Numbered from the stretch's first letter, positions 34,444-44,955 are shown. The stretch: 64,000 nucleotides of DNA from an uncultured delta proteobacterium (GCA_963802945.1 CAWDKY010000014.1:64001-128000); one strand, 5' to 3'. Numbers and translations: made by a program. Notes: a model not told the origin generated them from the letters alone.

Positions 34444-34894
34444 TTGTGCCGGAAGGCAATTGAGTCGTGATGCCAGCCACCGGAAGGCCTTGATGCGTAA
34501 TATGGTTACTTCCCTTCTGGAGCATGAACGTATCGAAACTACTCTGGCAAAGGCCAAAGAACTGCGGATCGAAGCTGATCATATGATTACTCTAGCCAAG
34601 CAGGGAGATCTTCATGCCCGCCGACAGGCCTTAGCCTATATTCAGAACAAGCAGATGGTCCATAAATTATTCGCCGAAATCAAAGACCGATTTTTGGAAC
34701 GAAATGGCGGTTATACCAAAATCACTAAATTGCGCTATCGCCAAGGAGACGGAGCTCCAGTTTCGGTAATCGAATTGCTCGGGCGCCCTGAAGCGAAAAA
34801 AATCAAAAAGAAAAAGAGTAAGACCCAGGAAGCTGTGGATAAGGTGAAAGGCATGATGCCTGGCCAGGGGAAGAAGGAAGAAACGGACGAGTAA
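34433..34894 (+). CDS. rplQ: 50S ribosomal protein L17 with Lys-rich C-terminal tail
   Basis: MRHN...[26 protein letters not shown]. Confidence 0.98.
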   Translation: MRHNCAGRQLSRDASHRKALMRNMVTSLLEHERIETTLAKAKELRIEADHMITLAKQGDLHARRQALAYIQNKQMVHKLFAEIKDRFLERNGGYTKITKLRYRQGDGAPVSVIELLGRPEAKKIKKKKSKTQEAVDKVKGMMPGQGKKEETDE

Positions 34895-34917
34895 AAAAAC
34901 AAGGCTTCGGAAAAGGA

Positions 34918-34945
34918 TTGACACTTATTATTTTTTGAGTAAAAT
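34918..34945 (+). promoter_or_regulatory. sigma70 promoter of tRNA-fMet
   Basis: TTGACA-16nt-TAAAAT. Confidence 0.65.
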
Positions 34946-34959
34946 ATTTAAATAATTAT

Positions 34960-35036
<77 letters not shown>

Positions 35037-35048
35037 AAAAGAAGACGT

Positions 35049-35080
35049 AAGGGTTGGAGGTTTCCTCTAACCCTTTTTTT
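35049..35080 (+). terminator. rho-independent terminator after tRNA-fMet
   Basis: aagggttggagg-ttt-cctctaaccctt followed by T-run. Confidence 0.85.
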
Positions 35081-35181
35081 GTGGGTTATCCCAGAGGCAT
35101 AAAAAATGGTGGATTAAAGACTCGACTTCAGGACTTTGAGGTATAAAGATTTTTCAAAATTGGCGGACAGGACGTTTGCCC

Positions 35182-35205
35182 AGAACTCTCTGATCAGAGA
35201 GTTCT
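35182..35205. repeat. perfect 24-bp palindrome upstream of glp promoter
   Basis: AGAACTCTCTGA|TCAGAGAGTTCT. Confidence 0.9.
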
Positions 35206-35256
35206 CCAGTAAAGGTGCATAAAAATCGTTGACGAATCAAATTGTAAAAATTATTC

Positions 35257-35285
35257 TTGACATGAAAGCCTGTTTTCCTTAAATT
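35257..35285 (+). promoter_or_regulatory. sigma70 promoter of glp-hdr operon
   Basis: TTGACA-17nt-TAAATT just upstream of the leader terminator. Confidence 0.65.
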
Positions 35286-35314
35286 AATTTTAACAAAAGG
35301 AAATTTTATCCATC

Positions 35315-35403
35315 AATGATTGGGGCACGAGAATAAAGAGTAAGCCCTGATAGATGATGAACATTTAGGAAAAGTGTTCATTGTCCGTCAGGGCTTTTTT
35401 GTT
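35315..35403 (+). promoter_or_regulatory. GlpP-type antitermination leader with intrinsic terminator
   Basis: GGGC-ACGAGAATAAAGAGTAA-GCCC purine-rich loop overlapping a ~25-bp stem (35342-35396) plus U-tract, between promoter and glpA; glpP in same cluster. Confidence 0.75.
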
Positions 35404-35503
35404 CCAAGATTTTTCAGGACTGCTTGAAAGGGAAGTATTTGAAAACGATTTTTTTATTATCGGAAGCGGGAGAGGATAATGGCCTTGTCCAAGGGGGTGC
35501 CTT

Positions 35504-37051
35504 TTGAAGACCCAGGTACTCATTATCGGGGGAGGGGCTACCGGCACCGGACTGGTGCGGGACCTGGCTCTTCGCGGTGTTCAATGCCTTCTGGTTGAAA
35601 AAAAGGACATCAATGCCGGGGCTTCGGGAGCGAATCACGGTCTTTTGCACAGCGGGGGCCGATACGTCGCCTCCGATCCCACCGCCGCCCAAGAATGCCG
35701 AAATGAAGCTGACATAATCAGACGTGTCGCTCCTCAATGTATTGAAGATACGGGCGGTCTTTTCGTGGCTGTGGAAGGCGACGATGAGAAATTTATCGCC
35801 GATTTTCCCCGCATGTGCGAACGGTCCGGAATCCTCGCGGAAGCGGTTGATCTAAAGGAAGCCCGTATTCTGGAACCGGCCCTTTCGGAAAAGATCATCG
35901 CCGCCTACAAGGTAAGAGATGGGGCCATTGATCCTTTCAAGCTTTCCCTGGATAATCTTTCCCAAGCCCAAGAACTGGGATCCATCCTTTTACGTCATAC
36001 CATGGTGTCAGCCTTCGACATTCGGGAATCAAAAATCAAATCGGTCCATTTACAACAGATCCAGACTGGAGAGGAGATGGTGGTTGAAGCCGATATGGTG
36101 GTCAATGCCGCCGGTGCCTGGGCAGGGCTGGTGGCCGGTTTGGCTGGAATTTCCATCCCAGTCCTCTATTCCAAAGGAAGCCTGGTCATTACCCACAATC
36201 GGATTGCCCGGAGGGTGATCAACCGTTTGCGTGCTGCCTCCAATGCCGATATCTTGGTGCCGGGAGGCACGGTTTCAATTTTGGGAACCACTTCAATCAG
36301 AATAGAAAATCCGGACGAAGTCTATCCAACAGTTGAAGAGATCGATTTGATGATTGAAGATGCCAAGGCCATGATCCCGGCTTTGGAGACGACAAGATAC
36401 ATCCGTGCCTACAGCGGCGTACGGCCGCTTATCGGATCGCTAACCAGCGGAGATGACCGCAGTGTGAGTCGCGGCTTTGCCCTCATGGATCACGGGGCTC
36501 AGGGTATAGATAATTTTATCACCATAACTGGCGGAAAGCTGACCACCTATCGCCTGATGGCCGAAAAAGCGGCCGATTTGGTTTGTCATCGTCTGGGGAT
36601 TTCAAGATCATGTCTAACCGGAACCGAACCGTTGCCAGCGTCACAGCTCGCTCAATGGACCGAACCTGCTTTGGCTCCTAAGACCTGGCTGAAAGGTCAT
36701 AGTCCGGAGGATCTTCTCCATTGTGAATGTGAGATGGTTCCCAAAAGTACGGTCGATGCCATCATTGCATCCCTTCATCAGCAGGGAGGGAGGGTTGATC
36801 TTCAGGGCATCGGCTTGCGCAGCCGGATTGGCAAAGGTCCCTGTCAGGGCGCTTTTTGCGGACCGCGACTTAGTGCTTATCTCTTTGAAAAAGGAGAGCT
36901 TGATCCCGGTCAATGCTTAGACGGTCTTCGGGATTTCGTCCGCAGCCGTTGGAAAGGCCTCTATCCTATCCTCTGGGGAGAGCAGCTTCAACAGTCTGAA
37001 TTATTGGAGGCGATGCATTGCGGAATACTGGGTTTGGAATTGGAGGAGTGA
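35504..37051 (+). CDS. glpA: anaerobic glycerol-3-phosphate dehydrogenase subunit A
   Basis: GGGATGTG FAD motif, GANHGLLHSGGRY, GGKLTTYRLMAE, C-terminal CECE...GPCQGAFC [2Fe-2S] region. Confidence 0.93.
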   Translation: MKTQVLIIGGGATGTGLVRDLALRGVQCLLVEKKDINAGASGANHGLLHSGGRYVASDPTAAQECRNEADIIRRVAPQCIEDTGGLFVAVEGDDEKFIADFPRMCERSGILAEAVDLKEARILEPALSEKIIAAYKVRDGAIDPFKLSLDNLSQAQELGSILLRHTMVSAFDIRESKIKSVHLQQIQTGEEMVVEADMVVNAAGAWAGLVAGLAGISIPVLYSKGSLVITHNRIARRVINRLRAASNADILVPGGTVSILGTTSIRIENPDEVYPTVEEIDLMIEDAKAMIPALETTRYIRAYSGVRPLIGSLTSGDDRSVSRGFALMDHGAQGIDNFITITGGKLTTYRLMAEKAADLVCHRLGISRSCLTGTEPLPASQLAQWTEPALAPKTWLKGHSPEDLLHCECEMVPKSTVDAIIASLHQQGGRVDLQGIGLRSRIGKGPCQGAFCGPRLSAYLFEKGELDPGQCLDGLRDFVRSRWKGLYPILWGEQLQQSELLEAMHCGILGLELEE

Positions 37052-37164
37052 AAAAGGATTCACCTAAACGGGATACTGGACTCCAATTTGAGTAATTACT
37101 TTAGGAAAGATTGTATATCAAAATTGATGGGTAAACTAGCCTGCCATAAACGCAGGTGTATTAT

Positions 37165-37227
37165 CGTCATGCCGGACTTGATCCGGCATCCAGTTTTTTT
37201 CTGGCTTACGGCTTTCGCCGGAATGAC
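37165..37227. repeat. GTCA...TGAC-bounded REP-like palindromic doublet
   Basis: gtcatgccggacttgatccggcatccag ... ctggcttacggctttcgccggaatgac. Confidence 0.75.
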
Positions 37228-37283
37228 TATCTCGAAATACACCACAAGGAAAATGCCTTTAGAAGTTTAAAACTCAAATTAAG

Positions 37284-38578
37284 ATGCATGATCTGGAACC
37301 TATCAAAGTCGATTTGACTGTCATCGGGGCCGGAATGGCCGGTATGGCGGCCACGCTGTTTGCAGTCAACCGTGGTCTATCCGTGGCCCAGGTGGGTCGT
37401 ACCAGTGAGATCGGATTTGCCAGTGGTTTATTCGATCTGCTCGGTGTACATCCCATGAGCGAAGGGAATCAGTGGGATGATCCCTGGGCAGGTATCGAGG
37501 CCCTGGTAAAGGATATCCCTGAACATCCTTATGCCCGATTGAGTAAAGAAGAAATCCGGTCCGCCCTTAGCGAACTGCTAGATTTTTTAGAAGGGGCAGG
37601 TCTTCCCTATTCCAGAAATCCCGATCGTAATGTCAGGATCTTTTCTTCCCTCGGGACGATCAAAACGACCTATGGTACACCCAGGACCATGTGGGCAGGG
37701 GTGCAGGCCCTGGAGCAGAAACGCCCCTGTCTGATCGTGGATTTCAAAGGGCTTAAAGGGTTCAGTGCCGAATTGATTGTACATAACCTACGCTCCCGGT
37801 GGCCGGGTTTACGCGCCGTCAGGATTACTTTCCCTGGAACGGAACGCAGAGAGGAAGTATTACCGGAACACTATGGCCAATGCCCTGATCCTGGCAGGCA
37901 ATCGGAAAAAGCTTGCCCAGCGGATACGACCGGAAATCAAAGATGCACAGAGCATAGGTCTGCCGGCCGTTTTGGGATTGTATCAATCCCCCAAAACGGC
38001 TTCTGATCTATCGGAATTGATCGGCGTTCCGGTCTTTGAAATATCCTACCATGCCGCCTTCTATTCCAGGGCTGCGCCTAAAAGAAGCCTTTGAACGGGG
38101 ACTGCGAGAAAGAAGGCCCTATTATTTTTCTCAAAAGAGAGTGGTTGAAACACGACTGGAGCCGGGCGGGGAATTTAAAATCGGTATTGAAAGTCCAACC
38201 GGAAAGCAGGTGATTTTATCCCAGGGGATCATTCTGGCCTCAGGGCGATTTATCGGCGGGGGATTGAGGGCCGATCGAAAGCATGTCCGGGAGACGATTT
38301 TTGATTTACCTGTTTCCCAGCCCGAGAGCAGAAATAAATGGCACAGGGAAGACTTTCTTGACTTGCGAGGCCATTCGATCAATCTGGCCGGGGTGGAGAT
38401 TGATGATTATTTCCGTCCGCTGAATCATCATGGCCAATCAGCTTTCAATACCCTGTTTGCAGCGGGTTCGATTCTTGCCCATCAGGATTGGAAACGGACG
38501 AAATGCGGTTCCGGCCTGGCCGTGGCCACGGCCTTCGGGGCAGTAAAGGCTTTTATCAATATCACTCGTAATGGATGA
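37284..38578 (+). CDS. glpB: anaerobic glycerol-3-phosphate dehydrogenase subunit B (two +1 indels near 37870 and 38043, probably errors)
   Basis: GAGMAG FAD motif; three overlapping ORFs join into GLPAVLG...VFEIPTMPPSIPGLRL...LASGRFIGGGL...GSGLAVATA, typical of GlpB. Confidence 0.88.
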
Positions 38579-39158
38579 ATGGTATTTAAAGATGACGGAT
38601 TCCATAACACCGGGATATGAATTTACCGAAGAAGTCGAAAAAGGCGGATCCTTTAAGGTTGAGGTCTGCTTCCAATGCCGGAAATGCACCACCGGCTGTC
38701 CGGTGGCCTTTGCCATGGATCTGTTTCCCGACGAAGTCATCCGAATGGTGATTTTAGGTCAACGGGAAAAGGTGCTGAGTTGCCAAACGATCTGGATATG
38801 CTCAGCCTGTGAAACCTGTACTACCCGTTGTCCCAACGAGGTAAAAATCGCCGAACTCATGGATCATCTCAAAGAAATGGCTATAAGGGAGAACGTTCCC
38901 TGTCCAAAGCCGCAGGTTTTAAGTTTTCATAAAATTTTTTTAAAAAATATAGAAAAGCGGGGACGGATATTTGAATCAACGCTTCTGCCGGCCTATCTGC
39001 TTCGAAGCGGTCAGCTCCTTAAAAGATGGAAAGACGGCACTTGGCTGGCAGAACTCGGATTAGGATGGAAGTTGTTTTCCAAAGGGAGAATGCCCCTGTG
39101 GCCGCATAAAAATAAAGGGAAAAAGGAAATCAGCAAGATTTTATTCAGGGGTAAATGA
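38571..39158 (+). CDS. hdrC: heterodisulfide reductase subunit C-like 2x[4Fe-4S] protein
   Basis: CFQCRKCTTGCP and IWICSACETCTTRCP. Confidence 0.88.
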   Translation: MDEWYLKMTDSITPGYEFTEEVEKGGSFKVEVCFQCRKCTTGCPVAFAMDLFPDEVIRMVILGQREKVLSCQTIWICSACETCTTRCPNEVKIAELMDHLKEMAIRENVPCPKPQVLSFHKIFLKNIEKRGRIFESTLLPAYLLRSGQLLKRWKDGTWLAELGLGWKLFSKGRMPLWPHKNKGKKEISKILFRGK

Positions 39159-39203
39159 AAAAGCAGTCATCTAAGTCCATGTTGACAAATAGTTTCCAAG
39201 ATT

Positions 39204-39335
39204 GTCACCCCGGCGGACCCCGGATCAAGTCCGGGGCAGGCGCCGGGGTCCAGAAATCAAACGGGAGAACTTTGAATAAAATTAACGGCAGGAACCGTAC
39301 TCAGTCACCTGGATTCCGGCGTTCGCCGGAATGAC
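39204..39335. repeat. GTCA...TGAC-bounded REP-like doublet with nested inner palindrome
   Basis: gtcaccccggcg[gaccccggatcaagtccggggcagg]cgccggggtccag ... ctggattccggcgttcgccggaatgac. Confidence 0.8.
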
Positions 39336-39394
39336 GTTAATTTGGTTTTGGCGAAATTTAGAAATTCATAAAATAATTGTATACGAAAAGAAAT

Positions 39395-40252
39395 ATGAAA
39401 TTTTCTTATTATCCAGGGTGTTCGCTTAAAGGGACGGCCAAAGATTATGCCGAGTCGATCCTGGGCATCTGCCAGTCGCTTCAGATCGAACTGGAAGAAA
39501 TTCCGGATTGGAACTGTTGCGGGGCAACCGCGGCCCACAGTATTGATCATCAGGCGGGTATTGCTCTGGCTGCCAGGACCTTGAGTCTGGCGGCTAAAAT
39601 GCCCCATTCCCAAATGCTGGTCCCTTGCCCTTTGTGTTTCAACCGATTGAAAACGGCCTCTTATGCCTTACAGCAGGATCAAAATAATCGCTATAAAATA
39701 AAATTACCGGATTCGGTTCCAAAAATTTTGGATCTGGCAAATTTTTTTGCTACCGAAACGATGTTGGAAATCACGGCCCAAAAAATTCAAAAGCCCCTTA
39801 GGGGGTTAAAAGTGGTCTGCTATTACGGATGCATGGCCAACCGGCCGCCGAAGATCACGGAAGCTAAAGATTTTGAAAATCCTCAAGCTCTGGATCGTAT
39901 CGTGGCCAATTTGGGTGGCACGGTAATCCCCTGGCCTTATAAAACAGATTGTTGCGGTGCCTCGCAGGCCTTTTCGTTGGAGGATATTGAAAACAAACTG
40001 GTGAAAAAACTTTTAGATATGGCCCGGCGTGTCGGAGCACAGGGCATCGTGGTTTCCTGCCAGATGTGTCAGGCCAATCTGGATATGCATGATAAAAGGG
40101 CCGGAGGTGGGTCGAAAAATTCATCGTCTTTGCCGGTGTATTATTTTACCGAGTTGATTGGACTGGCCTTGGGAGTGAAGGGAGTTCAGAAATCGTTGTC
40201 GCGTCATATCGTTGATCCCATACCCCTTCTAAAAGGTCTGGGACTTTTTTGA
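39395..40252 (+). CDS. hdrB: heterodisulfide reductase subunit B-like CCG protein
   Basis: YYPGCS, WNCCGA, YYGC, TDCCGA, CQMCQANLD. Confidence 0.9.
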   Translation: MKFSYYPGCSLKGTAKDYAESILGICQSLQIELEEIPDWNCCGATAAHSIDHQAGIALAARTLSLAAKMPHSQMLVPCPLCFNRLKTASYALQQDQNNRYKIKLPDSVPKILDLANFFATETMLEITAQKIQKPLRGLKVVCYYGCMANRPPKITEAKDFENPQALDRIVANLGGTVIPWPYKTDCCGASQAFSLEDIENKLVKKLLDMARRVGAQGIVVSCQMCQANLDMHDKRAGGGSKNSSSLPVYYFTELIGLALGVKGVQKSLSRHIVDPIPLLKGLGLF

Positions 40253-40305
40253 GTGTAGTTGTAATTTCATTTTTTTAAAAAGAACTTTCAGGGACTATTA
40301 ATAAT

Positions 40306-40468
40306 AAGCACGAAATTCGAAGTCCGAAATTCGAAACAAATTCAAATGACCAAAATTAACAACCTCTTTCCCTCTGAGACGAATATTGTCAAAGGAGTGG
40401 ATGTTTCTGTCCATTTGATATTTATTATTTAGATTTGTTTCGTATTTCGATATTAGGATTTCGGATTT
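40306..40468. repeat. long heptamer-unit hairpin (CGAAATT / ATTTCG)
   Basis: aagcacgaaattcgaagtccgaaattcgaaacaaattc ... gatttgtttcgtatttcgatattaggatttcggattt. Confidence 0.8.
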
Positions 40469-40524
40469 AATAAAACTAATGAACTCATTCGGGGCGGATA
40501 TCCAGTAATTGACAAGGGACCCAA

Positions 40525-43500
40525 TTGAATAACCAAATCCAAAAAATCGGATCCATTACCGTCATCGGCGGCGGCATCGCCGGGATCCAGGCGGCTTTGG
40601 ACGCAGCCAATTCGGGATTTAAGGTTTATCTGTTGGAAGAAAATTCCACCGTTGGCGGCGCCATGGCCCAACTGGATAAGACCTTTCCCACCAACGACTG
40701 TTCTTCCTGCATGATGGGGCCCAAAATGGTAGAACTCGCCAATCATCCCAACATTGAAATCCTCACCCGCACTTCGCTCGAGGGTATCGATGGCAGGCCC
40801 GGAAATTTCACTATTAAGATCAAGCGTGAACCGAGATTTATCAGGGAAGACCGCTGTACCGCCTGCGGTGAATGCGCCCGGGTTTGCCCGGTGGAATTGC
40901 CGGCCGACTTCAACTTGGGTTTGAATTCCCGCAAAGCCGTCTATCAGCATTTCCCCCAGGCCGTTCCAGCGGCCTTTGCCATTGACAAGACCGGCGTATC
41001 GCCCTGTAAGCAGGCTTGCCCGGCAGGAATAAGCGTACAGGGCTATATCTCTCTAATCGCCCAGGGGCGTTATCAAGAGGCCCTGCAACTGATCAAACAA
41101 AATAACCCTTTCCCAGCCATATGCGGTCGTGTCTGCACGCACCCCTGTGAAGAGGCTTGTAACCGAAGGCAGTTAGACGAGCCGGTAGCCACCGAATATT
41201 TGCATCGCTTTGTGGCCGATCTTGATCTGAAGGCCGAATCACCCTGCCTTCCGGCCAAAAAAGAATCCAAGAACAAGAAGGTGGCGGTGGTCGGTGCCGG
41301 TCCCGGCGGTCTTAGCGCCGCTTATTATCTGGCTGTTGAAGGGTATGAGGTCTGTGTCTTTGAAGCTATGGCGGAACCCGGCGGCTGGATGCGTTACGGT
41401 ATTCCCGAGTATCGTCTGCCCCGGAATATTTTACAGGCCGAGATCGAGATCATCAGAAAATTGGGAGTGCAAATACGTACCGGAGTATCTCTGGGCCAGG
41501 ACTTTTCCATCGGCAGTCTGCGGCAGGATGGCTATGCAGCCGTTTTCCTCGCCGTTGGGACTCAAAATGGCAGACTGTTGAATGTTCCGGGGGAGAATTT
41601 AAAGAATGTTTACTCCGGCGGTGATTTCCTCAAGGCGATCAACAGCGGGCAGGGCCTGACTCTTGGGACCAGGGTGGCGGTGATCGGCGGTGGTAATGTG
41701 GCCATGGATGCGGCCCGCACTGCCCTGCGCCTTGGAGCCCAAGAAGTCCATGTGCTCTATCGGCGCAGCCGCAAAGAGATGCCGGCCAACGAGGAAGAAA
41801 TTGCGGAGGCGCAGGAGGAAGGGATTCAGTTCCATTTTTTAACGGCTCCGGTTGAATTATTGCCGAACGATGTTGGGCGGGTGGGACAAATTCGCTGCCA
41901 GCGAATGAAGCTGGGAGAACCTGATTCCAGCGGCCGGCCGAGGCCGGTGCCGATTCCCGATTCCGAATATGAGATGCCCATTGACTGTGTGATCAGCGCC
42001 ATCGATTTTACTACCGATCTCAGTTGCCTTGATCAGGACCATGAAAACAACAAGCCGGCCGTTACCCGCCGAGGAACATTGGTCGCAGATCCGGTTACTA
42101 TGGCTACATCTATTCCTGGAATCTTTGCCGGAGGGGATGCGGTTACTGGTCCTGCCACCGTAGTTGAAGCCGTCCGGGCCGGCCATGAAGCCGCAATTTC
42201 TATAGGCCGGTATTTATGTGGTGAGGATTTGGCGGCAGGCCGGGGAAGAGATTGCCGGCCAGCCGAAATTCCCGCCGGGCCTCAGGCGTCGCTTCAAAGG
42301 ACCAAGATGCCGCAACTGGCTCCTGATGTGCGCAAACGTTCTTTTGAGGAAGTGCAAACAGGGTTTAACGAAGCTCAGGCCCGGGAAGAAGCCAAGCGAT
42401 GCCTGCAGTGCGGTTTATGCAGCGAATGCTATCGCTGTCTGGAGGTCTGTACGGCTCAGGCGGTGGACCACGATATGGAGCGATGTTATGAAGAATTACA
42501 AACCGGGGCGGTTATTGTAAGCGCCGGCTTTCAGCCTTTTGACGCCCGGCTCAAGCCTGAATACGGTTACGGTTTGTGGCCCAATGTTATGACCACTCTG
42601 GAATACGAACGGATGCTTTCGGCGGCCGGCCCTTTTTCCGGCCGCATCCAGCGCCTTTCGGATGGGAAAAAGGTGCACCGAATGGCCTGGATTCTATGTG
42701 TCGGATCGCGGGATGTTGGCATCGATCGAAATTATTGTTCCTCGGTCTGCTGCATGTCGGCCACCAAGCAGGCCATGATCACCAAAGAACATGATCCTCA
42801 AATCGAGACCGCGATTTTTTTTATCGACCTGCGGGCTCAGGGCAAAGGCTTCGACCGTTTCTATGAACGCGCCGAATCGGAATCCGGCGTGCGATATGTG
42901 CGTTCTATGGTTTCACGAGTGGTCCCGATACCGGAAACCGACCGGCTGCAAGTCACTTACAGCAACGATGAGCACCGGATACAAATGGAAGAGTTCGATC
43001 TGGTGGTCCTGTCCGTAGGTTTATGCGCCCATCCATCGGCGATCAACCTGGCTGAAAGGATAGGTCTTGAGCTTAATCCCTATGGATATTGCGCCACCCA
43101 TCCGTTGGACTCAACGGCGACATCACGGCCCGGTATCTTTGTGGCCGGGGTTTTTCAAGGGCCCAAGGATATTCCGGAGACGGTCCAACAGGGCAGCAGT
43201 GCAGCGGGAGGCGCCACCGCCTTGCTTTCCGATGTGCGCGGTTCGCGTATCAGCCTGCCGGTGCAGACACCGGAGCGGGATGTGACCGGCGAGCTGCCGC
43301 GCATCGGGGTTTTTGTTTGTCACTGCGGAACCAACATCGCCGGTGTAGTGGACGTGGACCGTATCGTCGATTATGTCAAGTCTTTGCCCAATGTGATTTA
43401 TGCCGCCAACGCCATGTTTGCCTGCTCGACCGACCAGCAGCGCGAAATCAAAAGAGTCATTGATGAGCATCGCCTCAATCGTCTGGTGGTGGCCTCCTGT

Positions 43501-44955
43501 ACGCCACGCACGCATGAACCGCTGTTTCGCAACACGTTACGTGAGGCCGGGCTCAACCCGTATCTTTTTGAACTAGCTAATATCCGCGAACATGACTCCT
43601 GGGTGCATCGAAACGAACCGGAAGCGGCGACCCAAAAGGCCCTCGACCTGGTGCGCATGTCTGTTGCCCGGGCGCGGCTTTTGCAACCTTTAGCGGAAAC
43701 GCATTATCCGGTTGTTCAAAGGGCTTTGGTGATCGGAGGGGGACTGGCCGGACTAACGGCAGCTTTGACCATTGCCGAGCAAGGGTATGAGTCTGTGCTG
43801 ATAGAAAAAACACCTGAATTAGGAGGGAATGCCCGCACCCTATATTATACGGAAGACGGTGCGGATCCGGCCCAATATGTTCAGGACTTGATTCATAAAA
43901 TCAAAACAGAGCCGTTGATTACCGTCTACACCAAGGCCGAAGTGGTTGAAACCCAGGGCGTTTGTGGCCATTTGACCACCACGATTTTGAAGGAGGATGA
44001 AGCGAAAGAGATCGTTCATGGCGTGACCATTGTTGCTGTAGGCGGCCAGGAATACCAGCCCGAGGAATATCTTTATGGAAAAGACCACCGGGTGATGACT
44101 CGAAAGGAGTTTGAATCTCTGTTGGCTTTGAATCCCGAGGAGGCTAAACACTATTTGCGGGTAGTGATGATTCAGTGTGTGGGCTCCAGGGAACCCGATC
44201 ATCTCTATTGCAGCCGGGTATGTTGTACCGGGGCAGTGAAAAACAGTTTGAAGCTCAAATCGTTAAATCCGGATGCCCAGGTTTCGATTCTGTATAGAGA
44301 TATGCGTACTTTCGGATTTAGAGAAAGTTATTACTACCAGGCACGGCTCCAAGGGGTGCGCTTTTTCCCGTATGTGAGGGACCAGAAACCGGAAGTCACC
44401 TTGGAGAATAACGAGCTGCAGGTAAAGGTATTTGATCAACAACTTCGCCTTCCGGTGCAGTTGAAAGCGGACCTGCTGGTTTTGAATACGGCCATCCGAC
44501 CCAACCCCAAGGAGAAAGAACTGGCAGGAATCCTGCGTCTTCCCCTGGATCAGGATGGGTTTTTTATGGAGGCCCATCCGAAACTGAGGCCTCTGGATTT
44601 TATCAAACCGGGTTATTATTTGTGTGGTCTGGCCCAAGGGCCCAAGTTCGCTGCTGAGTCCATCACCCAGGCCCGGGGGGCCGCTGCCAGGGCTATGACC
44701 ATCCTTTCCAAAGAAATGATGACCGCCGAGGGGATGGTTGCCCAGGTGGATACGGATCTCTGCCGGGGTTGCTGCGAATGTGAGAAGGCCTGTTTGTTTG
44801 AGGCCATCCGTGTGGAACAAGACGAGGATGGGCGGAAGGCGGCTGTGGTCAACAAAAGCCTATGCACGGGGTGCGGGGCCTGTAATGTGGCTTGCCCTAC
44901 AGGTGCAGCATCTCCGGCCCATTTTCAGGATGACCAGATTGATGGGAATGATTAG
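40525..44955 (+). CDS. hdrA: HdrL-type multidomain HdrA (two HdrA modules with inserted GltD/NfnB-like FAD/NAD(P)H domain); last few codons probably frameshifted
   Basis: GGGIAG, DKTFPTNDCSSC, insert CKQACP...GAGPGG...GGGNVAMD...YRR, twice CVGSR...YCSxVCC, RIGVFVCHCG, terminal ferredoxin motifs. Confidence 0.9.
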   Translation: MNNQIQKIGSITVIGGGIAGIQAALDAANSGFKVYLLEENSTVGGAMAQLDKTFPTNDCSSCMMGPKMVELANHPNIEILTRTSLEGIDGRPGNFTIKIKREPRFIREDRCTACGECARVCPVELPADFNLGLNSRKAVYQHFPQAVPAAFAIDKTGVSPCKQACPAGISVQGYISLIAQGRYQEALQLIKQNNPFPAICGRVCTHPCEEACNRRQLDEPVATEYLHRFVADLDLKAESPCLPAKKESKNKKVAVVGAGPGGLSAAYYLAVEGYEVCVFEAMAEPGGWMRYGIPEYRLPRNILQAEIEIIRKLGVQIRTGVSLGQDFSIGSLRQDGYAAVFLAVGTQNGRLLNVPGENLKNVYSGGDFLKAINSGQGLTLGTRVAVIGGGNVAMDAARTALRLGAQEVHVLYRRSRKEMPANEEEIAEAQEEGIQFHFLTAPVELLPNDVGRVGQIRCQRMKLGEPDSSGRPRPVPIPDSEYEMPIDCVISAIDFTTDLSCLDQDHENNKPAVTRRGTLVADPVTMATSIPGIFAGGDAVTGPATVVEAVRAGHEAAISIGRYLCGEDLAAGRGRDCRPAEIPAGPQASLQRTKMPQLAPDVRKRSFEEVQTGFNEAQAREEAKRCLQCGLCSECYRCLEVCTAQAVDHDMERCYEELQTGAVIVSAGFQPFDARLKPEYGYGLWPNVMTTLEYERMLSAAGPFSGRIQRLSDGKKVHRMAWILCVGSRDVGIDRNYCSSVCCMSATKQAMITKEHDPQIETAIFFIDLRAQGKGFDRFYERAESESGVRYVRSMVSRVVPIPETDRLQVTYSNDEHRIQMEEFDLVVLSVGLCAHPSAINLAERIGLELNPYGYCATHPLDSTATSRPGIFVAGVFQGPKDIPETVQQGSSAAGGATALLSDVRGSRISLPVQTPERDVTGELPRIGVFVCHCGTNIAGVVDVDRIVDYVKSLPNVIYAANAMFACSTDQQREIKRVIDEHRLNRLVVASCTPRTHEPLFRNTLREAGLNPYLFELANIREHDSWVHRNEPEAATQKALDLVRMSVARARLLQPLAETHYPVVQRALVIGGGLAGLTAALTIAEQGYESVLIEKTPELGGNARTLYYTEDGADPAQYVQDLIHKIKTEPLITVYTKAEVVETQGVCGHLTTTILKEDEAKEIVHGVTIVAVGGQEYQPEEYLYGKDHRVMTRKEFESLLALNPEEAKHYLRVVMIQCVGSREPDHLYCSRVCCTGAVKNSLKLKSLNPDAQVSILYRDMRTFGFRESYYYQARLQGVRFFPYVRDQKPEVTLENNELQVKVFDQQLRLPVQLKADLLVLNTAIRPNPKEKELAGILRLPLDQDGFFMEAHPKLRPLDFIKPGYYLCGLAQGPKFAAESITQARGAAARAMTILSKEMMTAEGMVAQVDTDLCRGCCECEKACLFEAIRVEQDEDGRKAAVVNKSLCTGCGACNVACPTGAASPAHFQDDQIDGND

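Noticed and set aside
35438-35455. CcpA cre-like site (TGAAAACGATTTTT) in the glpA leader
   Set aside because: It lacks the terminal CA of the consensus, lies in AT-rich DNA, and there is no evidence for CcpA in this lineage.
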